From Hypanus sabinus (taxonomy: Eukaryota), in the NCBI RefSeq assembly GCF_030144855.1, contig NC_082734.1:16802001-16866000 (forward strand): DNA of 64,000 bases, in the 5' to 3' direction. Below the pieces are notes generated by a model. It was not told where the DNA came from. It searched no databases and saw nothing but the letters and a program-made list of their open reading frames with translations. Position 1 is the first letter of the stretch. Each line of letters opens with the position of its first letter. Shown here piece by piece: positions 21,201-57,736 of the stretch. The position numbers were made by a program, and so were the translations under genes.

Positions 21201-23258
21201 CAACGCTGGGACTCCTTTCTCTGGACACCATTCAAAACCTCCAGCTGAATCTAAAGATGGGTTGGCTGGCTGCTGTTAGACAGCAGTGCGATACGGGCCA
21301 CACCTTCTCCACATACTCCGCTAAGAAGTCTCTGGATCGGAAGACGATCTTCGTGGACACCAAGGCAAACATCAAGGCCTGCTGACACTTTCCTCTCAGA
21401 GTTCCTCCTCTACATCCATCCCATTGTTTGCAGCAGTAGCAGATTAGAGTTTATCCAATTTCTCTGAGGCAGCCTTGCTTTCTGAATGCATTGATGAATT
21501 CCCATTGACGTCCTTCAATTCTCCCCGCTAGACATCAGGGAGTCTAAGAGTGTCTTCATGGTCTCTCCACCATTTAATACCTCCTATTCTCAATAACATC
21601 TGAGTCAGCAACTTGACATCCAACTTTAATATTCCCCTGGTCAGCCCTGAGGTACGTCTGTAGGTCACGGTCAGCCAGAAGGAAGCAGTGCCAGAACCAC
21701 TGGTGGGATCTGACCACAAGTACTTGAAGGACAAAGAGGAAGTCCATCTGAACCGTTTGGTCTCGACCAGGAAAACTGTTGTTGTGCTCCACCTGCAGGC
21801 TGTCGAAGACATTGCACAGTTTCTGCTTCATGAGGACCCTGGAGATGATAATCCAGTTTGCTGTTGGAACTGCAGGGAGTCACCAGTCGGAATGACTAGG
21901 TAGAAAGTGCCAGCAGTGGTGGTAGTGGAAATAGTGGAGCTCTGGATTTAAGCTCCCCCAAAAAAAAAGCACGAGACTTTTCATGATTTTATTTCAAATT
22001 CAGTTTTCATATCAGTAGAATCTGGGGGGATTCATAAGGATGTGGGAGAACACAAAATGGGGTTAGCAGAGGATGATGGCCAATGCGGACTTGATGGGCT
22101 AAAGGGCCTGATTTCTATAAACTATCACTCTATGACTTGTTTATTTATTGAGATACAGCTCAGCAACCCCCGATTTAATCCTAGCCTAATCATGGGGCAA
22201 TTTACAATGACCAATTAACCTATCGCCAGATTGTGGGAGGAACCTGGAGCACCCGGAGGAAACCCACATGATTAAGGGGAGAACGTACCAACTCCTCACA
22301 GGCAGCGGGAAGAATTGAACCCAGCTCGCCGGTATAGCAAAGCATTGTGACATATGCCACAACACTGCTTGTTTCAGCTGGTTTAATGGGTTTACCAACA
22401 GTGGTGGAAAAACCCTTCAATACCATATGCAAAAATGTAGAAATAGTTTCTACATGGAAAAATATAGTCTATGAAACCCTGAAAAAATTGTCAATAGCAA
22501 TTTGTGCTCAACTGCTTTGACCCAGTTTTTTGATGGAACAATGATGTGTTACACATACAGTCTTCTTCAGCTGTCCATCGATTTCGATGTTGACTGAAGT
22601 CTGGGCAAGGTTATATGGAAGACCGGCAGTTGCCCATGTTGCAAGTCTCCCCTTCTCCATGCAACCAATGTTGTCCAAGGGAAGGGCAAGGGCTGATACA
22701 GCTTGGCACCGGTGTCATCGCAGAGCAATGTGTGGTTAAGTGTTGTCACTAGACCAATACCCCAGCAACTTGGCCACGCGCGCCAATATCCATTGTGGAC
22801 AATCTGGCACATCCTCTCCATAACCTATTGAACAGACCTCCCTTTCGAACAGACTCACTCAGCTCCACTGTCACAAGGATCGTTACAGAAAATCTTTCCT
22901 ACCAAACGCAATAAGCACACACAAACAGTTCATCTCTGTGTGACAGGAGAAAACACATCATGGTACAACAGTCTCTGTTTTATTATTTCATACATTATTA
23001 TTACACACTGGCTGGTGGTGTAGTGGCATCAGGGCTGGACTTCGGGGCCAGAGGTCCCGAGTTCAAATCCGGCTGGCTCCCTTGCACGCTCTTCATCCGT
23101 GTCAGGGTTGAGTGTCGAGCCAGCAACTCAACCTTGTAAAGAAAGACCTGGAGAGGGATGGGCTCGGCCAGGTTTCAGATGCCCAAGCCACGGTGTACGA
23201 TGAGCAATCACCAAAAAGATTGGTGCAAAAAGCTTGTCATGACAGCGCCCCAACGACT

Positions 23259-23260
<2 letters not shown>

Positions 23261-23339
<79 letters not shown>
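23261..23339. repeat. (CA)n microsatellite
   Basis: About 39 perfect CA units. Confidence 0.97.
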
Positions 23340-23341
<2 letters not shown>

Positions 23342-24009
23342 GTTAATGGTTAAACAGGACCAATTGGGACCAGAACATTTTGACCCAGTTAAGCAGATGC
23401 CCCAATTAGCCAAAGTTTCATGGAAATAAGTCAAACTACCACCACTAACAATACTAAGTAATTATTACTATTGTAATAGTTATCAATGGAGGAATTTATC
23501 GAGTGTACACTGCTGTGTTCTTTTGATTGACTGTAAGTGAACAAAATCAGTGGAGACACCTAGTACAGATAACAGACTGCCTTCATTGCCTTCCTGCAGG
23601 TGGATGGCTTTTAATTTGGTCCAGTCGGGTAATTTTTTTTTCAGCTACTGTAAAATCCTTTTGTGAAATTCTGAAATTCTTAAAAGTCAAAATGAAAACA
23701 AAATGGTCAAAAATCATTGCTTTTTGAATCGTTTTCTGTTAGCTCAAACGGATAACACAATGCAAGTACACACAATGCTATTTAAAACCTGCTCACTCTG
23801 AACGTGGTGTAGCATCTAACGGCCACACAAATGCGCACAACTGATGCTAGTTAGAAAATACTTAGCAACAATACTTAGAAAGTCCTGTCCCAAATAAGTG
23901 GCATAGTGTCCCAAATAAATGAAGGGAATTCTTGCTATTTTCTGGATTATCTTTTCTTCCGTAAGAATTGTCCTAAATAAGTGGCTACCCCAATTACCCC
24001 ATTAACCAA

Positions 24010-24895
24010 ATAATTGCCTTCTTGATGAAAGAAGACATAGAGAGAATATTCTTGTGGGAATCACCCATATGGACAGAACCATAGGCCACAGGGAAAGAAG
24101 GGAATAGCCACTCTGATGGGACTGTATTATAGGCCCTCCCCTCAACAATCAATGGACATTGGAGGAGCAAATATGTAGAAAGATTTCAGTCAGTTGTAAG
24201 TATAATAGGGTAGTTGTAGTGGGAGATTTTTAACTTTCCTAATATTGACTGGGCTGTCCACGGTATAAAAGACATGGACCTTTATCATTAAATGGAGGGA
24301 ACTACGAGAGAGTGGACTTCCTGCTGGGAAATGAAGTAGAGCAAGTAGCGGAAGTGTCCGTCAGTGAACACTTTGGGATCAGTGACCATAGTTCAGTGTT
24401 TCTACCACTATGCCACAGGGGTCAATGCTGGGACCTTTGCAGTCTGTAATCTGTACAAAATGAATAGGATATGAATGCACAAGGCACGGTTAGTAAGTTT
24501 ACAGATGATACTGAAATAGGGGTGTTGTAGGTAGTGCAGGCTATGAAAATGTACAGGAGGATATTGGTCGGCTAGCTATTTGGGACGAAGTGGTTTTCAA
24601 TCCAAATAAATGTTGGATATTGCTTTTTGGGAGATCAAACCAGGGCAGGACTTAGACAATGAGTGCCAGAGCCCTGGGGAGTTTTATGGAACAGAGGGAC
24701 CAGGGAGTGCAAGTGCATAGCTCGCTGAAAGTGGCATCACAGGTAGACAGGATGGTGATTTGACATGCTGGCCTGAGCACAGAATATAGAAATTGGGAGG
24801 TTATGTTGCAATTATATACAATGCTGGTGAGGCTGCACTTGATGTATTGTGTACAGTTTTGATCACCATGTGTGAGGAAAGATGTTATTAAACTA
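24010..24895 (+). mobile_element. Degenerate CR1 LINE (endonuclease to RT pieces)
   Basis: GDFNFPNIDW-like and SDH-like remnants, a KFTDDT-like RT motif, and YCVQF-like 3' pieces. Confidence 0.65.
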
Positions 24896-25139
24896 GAATC
24901 ACAATTACAATCATGTTTAATATCACCAGCATATGTTGTGAAATCTGTTAACTTAACGGCAACATTACAATGAAATACATAATATGGGAAAAAATAAATA
25001 CAGTGCCTATAAAAAGTATCCACCTTACCTGGAAGTTTTCGCGTTTTATTGTTTTACAACATTGAATCACAGTGGATTTGATTTGGCTTTTTTGACACTG
25101 ATCAACAGAAAAGACTCTTTTGTGTCCTGTGCTTTCCTT

Positions 25140-25960
25140 GGCCACATCTTCTTGGTCCTCAGTACTGGTGATGCAGTCTTTAGTCTCTGCCGATACTCAG
25201 GGAGTTGAAGTACAGCCAGGCGATCAGACTTCCCAAAGCACAGGTGTGGAATAGCACGGTAGGCATTGGCCCAGTGTGTTGCTTCCTCTGATACTACCAA
25301 TGATTTGTTGCTGATAATTATTTGGTGACTTCTTCAAGCTGGCCTGGTTAAAACTCCCAAAAACGATGGTGAAGTCATCAGGGTTTCCTGTTTCCTGCAT
25401 GTTGATCACCTCACTCAGATCATCTAGAGCCTGTTGACATTGGCCTGAGTTGGAACGTACACCGCTACCAAAATTATTGCTAAAATTTCCCCTGGTAGGT
25501 AAAATGGCTGACATTTCATTGCGAGAAATTACAGGTCTGGTGTGCAGAACTAGGACATCGCTGACACGCTTGCGCACCAAGAAGAGTTGATCATGAGGCA
25601 TACATCTCCACCTCTGCTTTTGACAGTCCCATCCCGATGGTGTATAGTGAACCTGTTCTCTGAATCGCTGTGTCCGGTAAGGAAGGATTCCATGAAGCAG
25701 AGGTCCCAACGCCCCTCTGTTACAGATACCCTACCTCTGAGATTGTCAGTTTTATTTACCAGGATACATATATTTGCCAGCAATATAGGCAGTGCTGGGA
25801 GTCGATAACCTCTTTTTTTTAAACACATTGTCGCCCGGTACAGCAACGACGCTTCTGACGAGGAGTAAGGATACTACAGCCACAGCTGACATTATTTCCA
25901 TCGGTTTCAAGCAGCGATAGACTGTTTGATCGCACTAAAACATCTTTATTAACTGTATAG
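25140..25960 (-). mobile_element. Rex1-type LINE 5'/endonuclease fragment
   Basis: Minus-strand LPILLANI..LVNKTDNLR, RGGDVCLMINSSWC, FNQASLKK and HFGKSD-like motifs. A related short piece lies at about 27740-27900. Confidence 0.7.
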
Positions 25961-28900
25961 ACCCTGGATGCAATTGTGATTCTCCGCTGTAGCAGGCGGA
26001 AATGGGAATATTTAATTGTATCGAGCCGTATCGAGTCCACCCTGAAAGTGCCCCGGAAGCTAAACAAAGTGTGTAGAAAAAACTTACCTGGATGTTGCCT
26101 GGCCTTGGGGGCCTGAGTTACAAGGAGAGGTGTTGTAGACTAGTGCAAGAAGAGGGAAATGGATCAACCTTGATGAAATGATGGAGCAGACTCGATGGGA
26201 CAATTGACTTAATTCTGCTCCTATATCTTAAGGTCTTTGTTCCCTGGAATACAGAAGGCTGAGGGGTGAAGATCATGGGGTACATAACCAGGATAAAAAA
26301 CACAGTCTTTTTTTCCCAGGGAGAGGGTACTGAAAAACAAAGGGGCATAGATATAAGATCAGTGGTAGCAAAGAGTGGTGAGTATTTGAAGTGAACTGCC
26401 AGAAGTAGTGGTTGAGGTGGCCATATTAGAAGCTATTTGGAGCAGTGCATGGGTAGGAGAGATTGTGGGCTGTGAGCCAGATTGGACTTGCTTGCTGGGC
26501 CACGTAGTTGGCATGGATGAATTGGACTAATGGGCTTATTTCCATTCTCTATGACTTAACAATTCCATGTGGCAGAGAATAACATCATAGAGACAGAATC
26601 TAGCCAGGAAGCATTGGTCATGGTTAGAAAATAAATCAAAGGAAAGACTGCAGATGATGGAAAAAACTGAAATAAGAACAGAAAGTGCTTGAAAAACCCA
26701 GCCTGACCTGCTGAGATTCTGCAGCATTTTTGTTGCGATTCTTGATCTCGGTTCCAGCCCGTCCAGGGTTCTTGCAACTTTCTGCTCAGCTGCTGGCCTG
26801 ATTTAAAATTTCCCCAAATCACTCAGATTTAAATGCCATGCATTTCATAATCATTGATAGTAAGTGGCATGCTTAACACCACTACCTTTAACAAAAAGAT
26901 CAGTGGAGAGATTCAGCAATTTCTGTACCCTTATCGCCCTGTGAGATTGCTGCGCCTCTCCGATTACTGACACTCACCACAAACCAAATTTTTTCTTTCA
27001 CCACTGGCAATTATGACTTCAGCTACTTAAGCCAAGCTATAGTATTTCCACTCCAAAGCTCTCTATATGATACTCACTGAATCCTAACTCGTAGCCAGGA
27101 TTTTGATTGGCAGTCCGAGTGCCAGCTGATGTGACTCGATATCAAAATGTTTTTTGAGAGCATCACTGTGAAATGCCTCGGAATAGTTTCTCGCCCTTCA
27201 CAAATGAGAGCAGCAATTGAGAGAGATGCTGTTGCTCGATTTGTCAATGGGACAAACTTCTCAGGATTTTCAGTCGCTAGGATTGCCCAGCTGTTTTCAA
27301 GATTAACCCTCGGCCAAACATACATAATACCCAAACACACTCTTATTTCACTTCCACTAGGAGGGCACGGTAGCACAACGGTCAGCGCTTTGACAGCGTC
27401 AGCTGCGAGAGGAGTTTGATTCCCACCACTGCCTGTGTGTTCCCCCGAGGCTTCCATCGGTTTCCTCTGGCTGCTCCAGTTTCCTCCCATGTTCCAAAGA
27501 CGTAGGGGTTAGGAGCGTGTGCAAAGATGTGGGCATGCAACGTTGGTGATACCAGCGAACTGCCCTCATCGTATTATCCATGCAAAAGACGCATTTCCTT
27601 GAACGTTTCCATGTAGGCGTGACAAATAAGGCTGACGTCCTTCGTTTATTCCGCACCCCCCCCCCCAACATGTCACACAGTAGTACGTTTAACAGCAAGC
27701 ATGGTGTGTTTAAAGGAAGCGGGAACTATACAAGCATCTGCACCCTTGGTCCTCACTAATGGTGTCTTTAGTCTCTGCCTATACTCAGGGAGTTGAAGTT
27801 CAGCCAAGTGATCAGACTTTCCAAAGTGTGGAACAGCACAGTAAGCACTCCTGATGGTGGTGTAGCAATGGCCCAGGGTGTTACTTCCTTTGTAGCACTG
27901 GCTACAGGACTCACCCATAGTCCTGGCTGTACATCTGGTCCCCAATCGAGAAAGAGCCCAGCCCAGGCTATACACCCTACTTGTACTTTGGACCCTGACT
28001 CACACTTGGATTAATAAGTGACACAAATATCAGGCTATCAGGATTTCCAAGTAATTGAATGGTGTAGTCAGAGTTCCACTGTAAATAGTTGAAAGGCTAG
28101 TGGAGATGAAAGGATCAGAATAATAATGCGGGTGCAAAATCAGGCAATAAAGGCTGTATTAAGCCTTCATTTTTTTTTTAAAGATGGGGAATTGCACGAG
28201 TGGGTTACAAGGGATTAATAAGCTGCTAGAACTAAACAGAAGGTGGAGGCTCCTGTGTAACATGACAGCGTGGATCAACTGGGCTGAATTAATGTTTTTT
28301 TTCATTGTACATTTTCTGCAATGCAAAGGTAGTGATTTCAAAATTTGTGCTCAGAATGAAAAATAATAGTAAATGTAAGTTGGTAAACTGGTTAAATGGA
28401 CAAATACAAGATTACATTTAACAAAAACTGCTGTAGTTCCCAGAGTCCAGAGAACTTCAAGATAAAAATCCCTCTCAATTTAAAATGTTCAATTGGTCGT
28501 TTTTTCCTAGTTCTGATGAAAGTTCTTTGAACTGAAATCTGACTTACTATTTCAGTTCCCTGTTGCCTGTATGTTAATTTAATGCCGTCAGGATGGGTTA
28601 AAGAGGCTGTCATAAAGATGCCTGTGATTCCTTAGCAATAGCAACTAATGCACAGGAGGTGTAGTACACCTTTACTGCCAATCAGACTTCCACATCATGT
28701 CTAATTTTGGGAAATTTAGAAGGAGCTGGGGCTTCAGAGCAGCCTTAAGTTCCTGGATCTTCCTTTCATAAGATCTGTTCTTAGGAGTGGCATCAATCAT
28801 ATCAGTGCCCAAGAGCGGGATGGCGTGCCACACAATTTCCACCTGACAGAGTACAAATCTGCTGTTGGTCATGGTGGATTTTAAATATGGAAGAAAACAT

Positions 28901-29639
28901 TGAGCTCGAATGGGTCAAGGACAGTGGAAGCAGACAGATCAATTGTCTTTCTTCCTGCCATGTGCCTGGAGGTGGGGGCTGCCATCTTGTGGAACTGTTT
29001 TACGTCCTCCATTTTGTGAGACAGAGTTGCTTTAACGTAGACACAGGTTTCAGGTAATCTGCTGTACTGGAGATCATTTCCAAATAAGAAGTTACTTGTG
29101 AGGTGTTTTTTGATATAACATAACATGCAGGTTTGTGAATGTTGGGGCTGGTGCCTGCCTGGAGTGATTCGAGCTGGTTACTGAGGAGAACAAAGAGCCA
29201 TAAATCACCGACTGTCACTTGCTGGAAAGAGCGCAATAAGTGGATGCTGGCCTGGAGCAGAGCCAGTAAAATATGCTTCAGGTCAGTCAGATGATCGACA
29301 GCCAATGACACTGGAATGTAATATTTGAATTGGTAAGGAACGGGTATAAAAGTGGACTCTTCGAGCGTGCTTTCAGTGATAACTCTCTCATGAGGCCTGC
29401 CATCGCAAGGAAGAACCCCCATGCCAGTGGCTGGGCGAAGAAAGGATTAATTATCTGTTATAAAACAGACAAGTGATCTGAGTGCGTATTGGTATGGAGG
29501 GAACAGTAGAATTCATGTTTTGACTTATTGGTCCAGGGTCAGCATAATATGTTGTTGTTTGCACAGAGACAATAAAGTGTGAGCTTCGATTAATTATGAG
29601 TTGGGCAGCAAATTTCCTAACCTAGTTCTGTTGACGAAC

Positions 29640-30660
29640 GGTCAACACTGCTGTGATGAAATGCTTTGAGAGTTTGGTCAAGAGCAAGGACCTGGATCAC
29701 TACAGTTTGCAACAAATTTACCGCAGACACAATCTCACCCCCTTTTCTTGACCTTGGAGCACCTAGACTACAGCAACACAAAGGTCAGTCTGCTGTTTAT
29801 CAGTTACAGCTCGGCATTCAACACCATCAGCCCAGCAGTACAATTCCACAAGCTTTAAAACCTGGGCCTCTGGACCTCCCTCTGCAACTGGATCCTTGAC
29901 TTCCTCACTGAGAGACGAGTCTGTATGCGTAACACCTCCTCCTTGCTGACTATAAACGCGGCTGCACCTCATGATTGAGACGACCTCGCACTGCACGCCA
30001 GCAAGACCAAGGAGCTGTTGGTGGTGATCTTCAAGAAGAGCAAGTCTGGAGAATACACAATAGTCTTCATTCAGGGGTCAGTTAGGGAAAGAGTGAACAG
30101 GTTCAAGCTCCTGGGCATCAACATCTTAAAGGATCTATTCAGGACCCGACATATCGATGCAATCAGGAAGAAGACACACCAATGGCTCTACTATATTTAG
30201 GAGATTTGGTATGTCAGCAAAGACTCTTGTAATCTTCGACAGATGCACGATAGAGACCATCCTGATAGGTTGCATCACCACCTGGTAAGGAGCTTCCAAT
30301 GCACAGGATCAAAAAGAAACTGCAGGATGTTGTAGACTCAGCCAACTCCGTTATGGACACAGGCCTCCACACCATCGAGGACAAGCCTCAAAAATTCATC
30401 ATCCATCATTAAGGACCATCACAAACATGCCCTTTATGTGTTACTTCAGGGAGGAGGTACAGGAGCCTGAAGAACCACACTCACCGTTTTGGGAGAAGTT
30501 TCTTCAGTGTTTCTTTCTGAATGCTCCATGAAACCATGAACACCCCCTCGTTATTCCTCTTTCACGCTGTTTATTTATTTTTTTGTAACTTTTACAGATT
30601 GAATTGCACTGATGCTGCAAAACAACAGATTTCACGACACGCGTCAGTGACAGCAAGCCT
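29640..30660 (+). mobile_element. Rex1-type LINE RT/3' fragment (degenerate)
   Basis: LLFISYSSAFNTI, SLCNWILDFL, SKTKELLV and FKLLGINI motif remnants across frames. Confidence 0.75.
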
Positions 30661-31879
30661 AATTCTGAATACCTGGATTCTTCGAGTACCTGTGACAAGG
30701 TGGTGAACACAAGGTAACAAGAGCCAAGCTACTATCACGGAAAGAAGATCGGTTGTTTGTCAGAGAGTGGAGATAAAAGCTTCCTTTTCAGGATGATGTC
30801 AGTGACTAGTGGGATTCTGCAGTGGTCAGTGTCGGGACTGCAACTTATCGCTTCCTACTTGAATGGCATTGTGGCCAAGTTTGCAGACGATGGTGGAGTG
30901 TCAAGAGTGTCGCAGTGGCATGGGGTCTGCAGGCCGTGTACAGGTTTTAAGAGTGGGTCAAGAAGTGGCAGATGGAAACTTAGGGGAGTGTATTACACCT
31001 TGGTAGTAAGTATAAAGATGCAGGCTATTTTCTCTGTTGTCACAGAGGGCTAAGATGTTGGGTGCTTTTAAGTTAAAAGAGTGATAGATCTTTGAAAATT
31101 AAGGGGGCAAAGGGAGAACCAAGATTAGGGTTTAACAAAATCAGCCAAGAATAAAACAAATGTGATCGTCCAAATTCTGTTCTAAGAGGGTGGGTGTTGG
31201 GGAGAGCGCGGCGGGGTGAGTGAGATACTCTTACACTGTGGCGAAGAGATTTCAAACCCCGTTATTCATTGAGGTTTGTTGATTTTTGCATTTTGCACCG
31301 TTTGCTGTTAGTTGATCCTGTTTTCTGTAGATTTGCTAAGTATGCCCACGGGTGGGGGAAGCATCTCAGAGATGCTGCCAAGCCTGCTGCTGTCCATCAG
31401 CATTTCGTGTGTGTTGCTTGAATTATCAGCATCTGCAGATTTCCTCGTGTTTGCATCTCAGGGTGGTACGTGTTGCTGGAATGTGCTCAGATGCTTTGAA
31501 CTGGAATTCACTTCATGGAAGATTTGTTTGTTTATTTCAAAATAAAAGTTTATTCATAAAGATAAGGAACACTAAAAAAGCATTTATCTGTAGGTTTTTT
31601 TTTGAGTCTACCTGGCTGTCTTTCGATATCTGCAATGTTGCTGCGTTCAGTTACAGGTTCAATGCATTGGTAGTGTTGGCATTCTGTGTACGCCAGCACC
31701 AACTGCGACCCATGTGGCATTAGACAGACTTGTCCACGGGGCCCAGCTCCTCGGTGTCCAGAATCACCCTGGACTGCAAGCGTTCTCCACAAAAGCTCTG
31801 TACTTCATGACCCTCCCGTCCGCAGCGCCCTGCTTCCGGGATGCCGACGGAACTGCAACTGGAACCCAAAGCAACGTCG

Positions 31880-32100
31880 CGATTGGTTCGCCCAGGGCGC
31901 CGCTGTTCTACAGAACCCCGCCTCCCGTTTACGTCATGTCCGCTCTTGTTTCGCGCCATCGTTTCACAGGAGGGCGGGGCCGTGGCTGACACTGACCAAT
32001 GACCCATCGCTCTCGGTCCGGCAGCCAATCCGAGCGGAGTGGGTGGAGACTGTTGCTCGGTTTTGGCGCGAAACCCCGGCCGGCGCGGAAGCGGCAGCGA
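31880..32100 (+). promoter_or_regulatory. MCM5 CpG-island promoter with E2F sites, CCAAT boxes and GC box
   Basis: TTTCGCGCCA at 31949, TTTTGGCGCGAAA at 32061-32073, CCAAT at 31996 and 32025, ATTGG at 31882, GGGCGGGG at 31972. MCM genes are established E2F targets. Confidence 0.8.
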
Positions 32101-32155
32101 GTCCTCGGGTTGTTGTGTTCCAGTTCTCAGCTTTGTCTCTGGTGCCGGCTCCGCC

Positions 32156-54603
<22,448 letters not shown>

Positions 54604-55049
54604 TGGCCGCCGCCCGGCCTGAGAGAGACGAGGTGACTCCTGCAAGAATGGCAGTTCTGGGTGCCCCTGTCCGATGGTGCTCACCCATAGCCCTTCCTAT
54701 CTCCCATCCCAGCCAGGTCACTGGTAGTCAAACCGGACAATAAACCGTGTCCCAGCTCCGAACGCACTTCATCCGGGCTGAATTTTTACCTACCTTGATT
54801 TTGATAAAGAAAGGAGTTTGTCACACACAACACAGCTGCTTTTGTTATTCCCTAATAAAGTTGCTTGTCAGAATGAATTGTGTTCCTGTGTTCTCAATAG
54901 GTTTCAAATGGGTACATTTAATGTCAGGTAAGTGTATACAACATACATCCTGAAATTCTTTTTCTTCGCAAACATGCATGAAAGCGGAGTGCCCCAAAGA
55001 ATGAATGACAGTTAAATGTCAGAACCCCAAAGCCCCCCTCCCACGCAGT

Positions 55050-56560
55050 AGCAAATTGACGACCTATCATACATCACCAGCTCCCACTGATGCCCTCCGT
55101 CCCCTGGACTGTCGCTGCACCCAGATCTCTTAAGAGGCATCGCAGCTCGTGATTGTGAGTGTCTGCCAATGCGGTGTGGAAAGGGTGCAAGCTTCGAATG
55201 GTAGATGAGTGACCACCAGGAGCAGCAGGGGGAGTAATCAGTCAGTGTGGGGTTCCCATCGGTGGATGCTGCTGGGGAGAGGGGTGACCTGCCAGGGCAC
55301 AGCAGCAGCCAGGCCAGTGGAACTGGCCAGCTCTGAGGCTCAACTGGGAAGGGTAAAGTCAGGCAGAACGCTAGTGAAAGGAGATTTGATTGCTGGGGGT
55401 GGGGGGGGGGGGGGAGAGATGAACAGGAGATTCTGTGGCTGTGAAAGTGATCGGGTTGATGTGTTCCCTCCCAGGTGATAGGGTCACAGATGTCTCGGGA
55501 ATGGCTGCAGAATATTCTCAAGAGGGGAGGGTGGGCAGCCAGCCAGAGTTTGTGGTGCATGTTGACACCAGTGACATGGGCAGAAAGGGGGAAAAGGTCC
55601 TGTGCAGTGAGTATAAGGAGTTAGCAAAGAGGAACCTGATGGTAATCCTGGATTACTCAGTACCATGAACAGGTCAGGGCAAGAACAGACTGATGGCACA
55701 GGTGAAGGAGTAGCTGAGGAACTGGTGCAGGGGGCAGGATTAGGATTTAATGATGGGATTTATGGCTTTTTAGTTGATGGAGGGGCAGGCAGTAAGAAGT
55801 CTGAAGGTTTTGGATAGATTTGGAGAATGGGCAAAAAAGCAGCAAATGGAATATAGTTAAGGAAGTGTATGGTCGTACTTTGAAAGTGTGGACTTTTTAA
55901 AATCTGGAGTAATTTCAAAAATCAGGTGTGAAAGGACTTGAGAGTCTTCGTGCGGGATTCTTTAAAAGTTAACTTACAGGTTGAGTCAGTGGTAAAGGAG
56001 GCAGATGCAATGTTAGCATTCAATTCGATTGGCTAGAATGGGTGCAATGCTGAGGCTTTATAAGGCATTGGTCAGACCACACTTGGAGTATTGTGAGCTG
56101 TTTATCTAAGAAGACTGCTGGCATTGGAGAGGGTCCGGAGTAGATTCTGGGAACGATAGGGTAAATGTACACAGAGCATTCGATAGCTCTGGGACAGTAC
56201 TTGCTGTAATTTTAAGAAGAATGGCGCGGTGGGGGTTCTTACTGAAACCTGTTGAAAGGCCTAGATAAAGTGGACCTGCAGAGAATGTTTCCTATAGTGG
56301 GTGAGGCTAGGACCAGAGGACACAGCCTCAGAATAGAGAGATGTCCATTTAGAACAGAGGTGAAGAATATCTTCAGCCAGAGAGCAACGAATCAGGAATT
56401 CATTGCCACAGACCATTGTAGGGCCCAGGTCATTGAGAATATTTAAAGTGGAGGTTGATAGGTTCTTCATCAGTCAGGACATCAAGGATTATGGGAGAAG
56501 ACAGGAGAATGGGGTTGAGAGGAGCCCTCAACCTGGAATGGCAGAGCAGACCCAAAAGTC
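55050..56560 (+). mobile_element. Internally deleted CR1 LINE (ORF1 esterase and ORF2 3' pieces)
   Basis: LPGDRVTDVS...QPEFVVHVDTSDMGRK (CR1 ORF1-like) and KGLDKVD.QRMFP.VGEARTRGHSLRI (ORF2 C-terminus). Confidence 0.75.
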
Positions 56561-57736
56561 TAATTCTGTGTTCTGGAAAGGGTAAACTAGTCTGTGTGAA
56601 AATGGAGAGAGAGAGAGAGAGACTGTAGTATGTCGAATACTACATGTTGAATGCTGGGTAAACAACGTAGTCTTTGGGGTAACTGCAAGTCTTGCTTTGC
56701 TCATACGAGTGCTCAGTAGTGATGCAATTATTTTTGTCTGGGGGGGAGGGGGATTGTTGCTCGCTGCCACTTACTCGCGGGAGGGGGGAGTTGGGGGGAC
56801 TTTGGGGTTCTAACATTTAACTGTCGTTCTTTCTTTGGGGGCATTCTTGTTTTTGTGGATGGCTGGCTGCAAAGAAAAAGCATTTCAGGATGTATATTGT
56901 ATACATTTCTCCGACATTAAATCATACCTTTGAAAATGTGCTGCTACTGAAATATATTTCTTTGCCCATGTGCTGTTCCCATTAACCCTTCCTGTTCCAC
57001 ATTGGCATTGGTTTGTTACATGTACTGAGAGAGTGAAAAGCTTGTCTTGTGGACTATTCATACAGATCACAATGCAATGAGGTAGAACAAGGTTAAAACA
57101 ATAACAAGTGTACAGGCTACAGGAGAAGTACAGTGCAGGTAAAGCAAGTGCAAGATTATAATGAGGTTGATTGTGAGGTCGAGAGCCCATTTTGTTGGAA
57201 AAGAGGTCCATTCAATCGAGAGTCTGTTAACAGCAGCACAGAATCTCTCCTTGCTCCTGATGTTACGTGCTTTCAGGCGTTTGTATCTTCTGCTCGATGG
57301 GAGAAGAGAGAATATTCAGGTTGGTTGGGTTCTTAGTTATGCTAGTTGCTTTACTGAGGCAGAAAGAAACAGAATCCATGGAGGTTTTTATGATATATAC
57401 TAAGCAGGTGATGGCCATTCTGCTATTGAACCCTCTATCTCCTGCTGTTGCAGCCCATGCACAGCCTGCCCCTTTCGGTTCCAGAGCACCACTCTGCTTC
57501 TCTAGAACCTCTGCTTTCTCCTTTGACCTGCCTTCTATGTTTGTACCATTCCATTCTAGAATCTTCTCTTTTGAAAGCAAACCGTGTGTGCTGACTTGGA
57601 TGAAGGCAGCTGTGAGTGTCAGCTGGTTCCCGTTGGCACCTTTGGGCGGCTGGGTGTGGGCACAAGGGGAAGGGGGTAGGCGGGACTCGGTGGAACCAGA
57701 GCAGAGGCCGCCCCTGGCGCGGTGGGATGGGGCAAG

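Noticed and set aside
20600-21900. Possible decayed LINE or pseudogene fragment downstream of HMOX1
   Set aside because: Only vague motif remnants (for example VGSDHK); no family could be supported.
23112-23434. His/Thr and Cys/Val repeat ORFs
   Set aside because: Translations of the (CA)n microsatellite.
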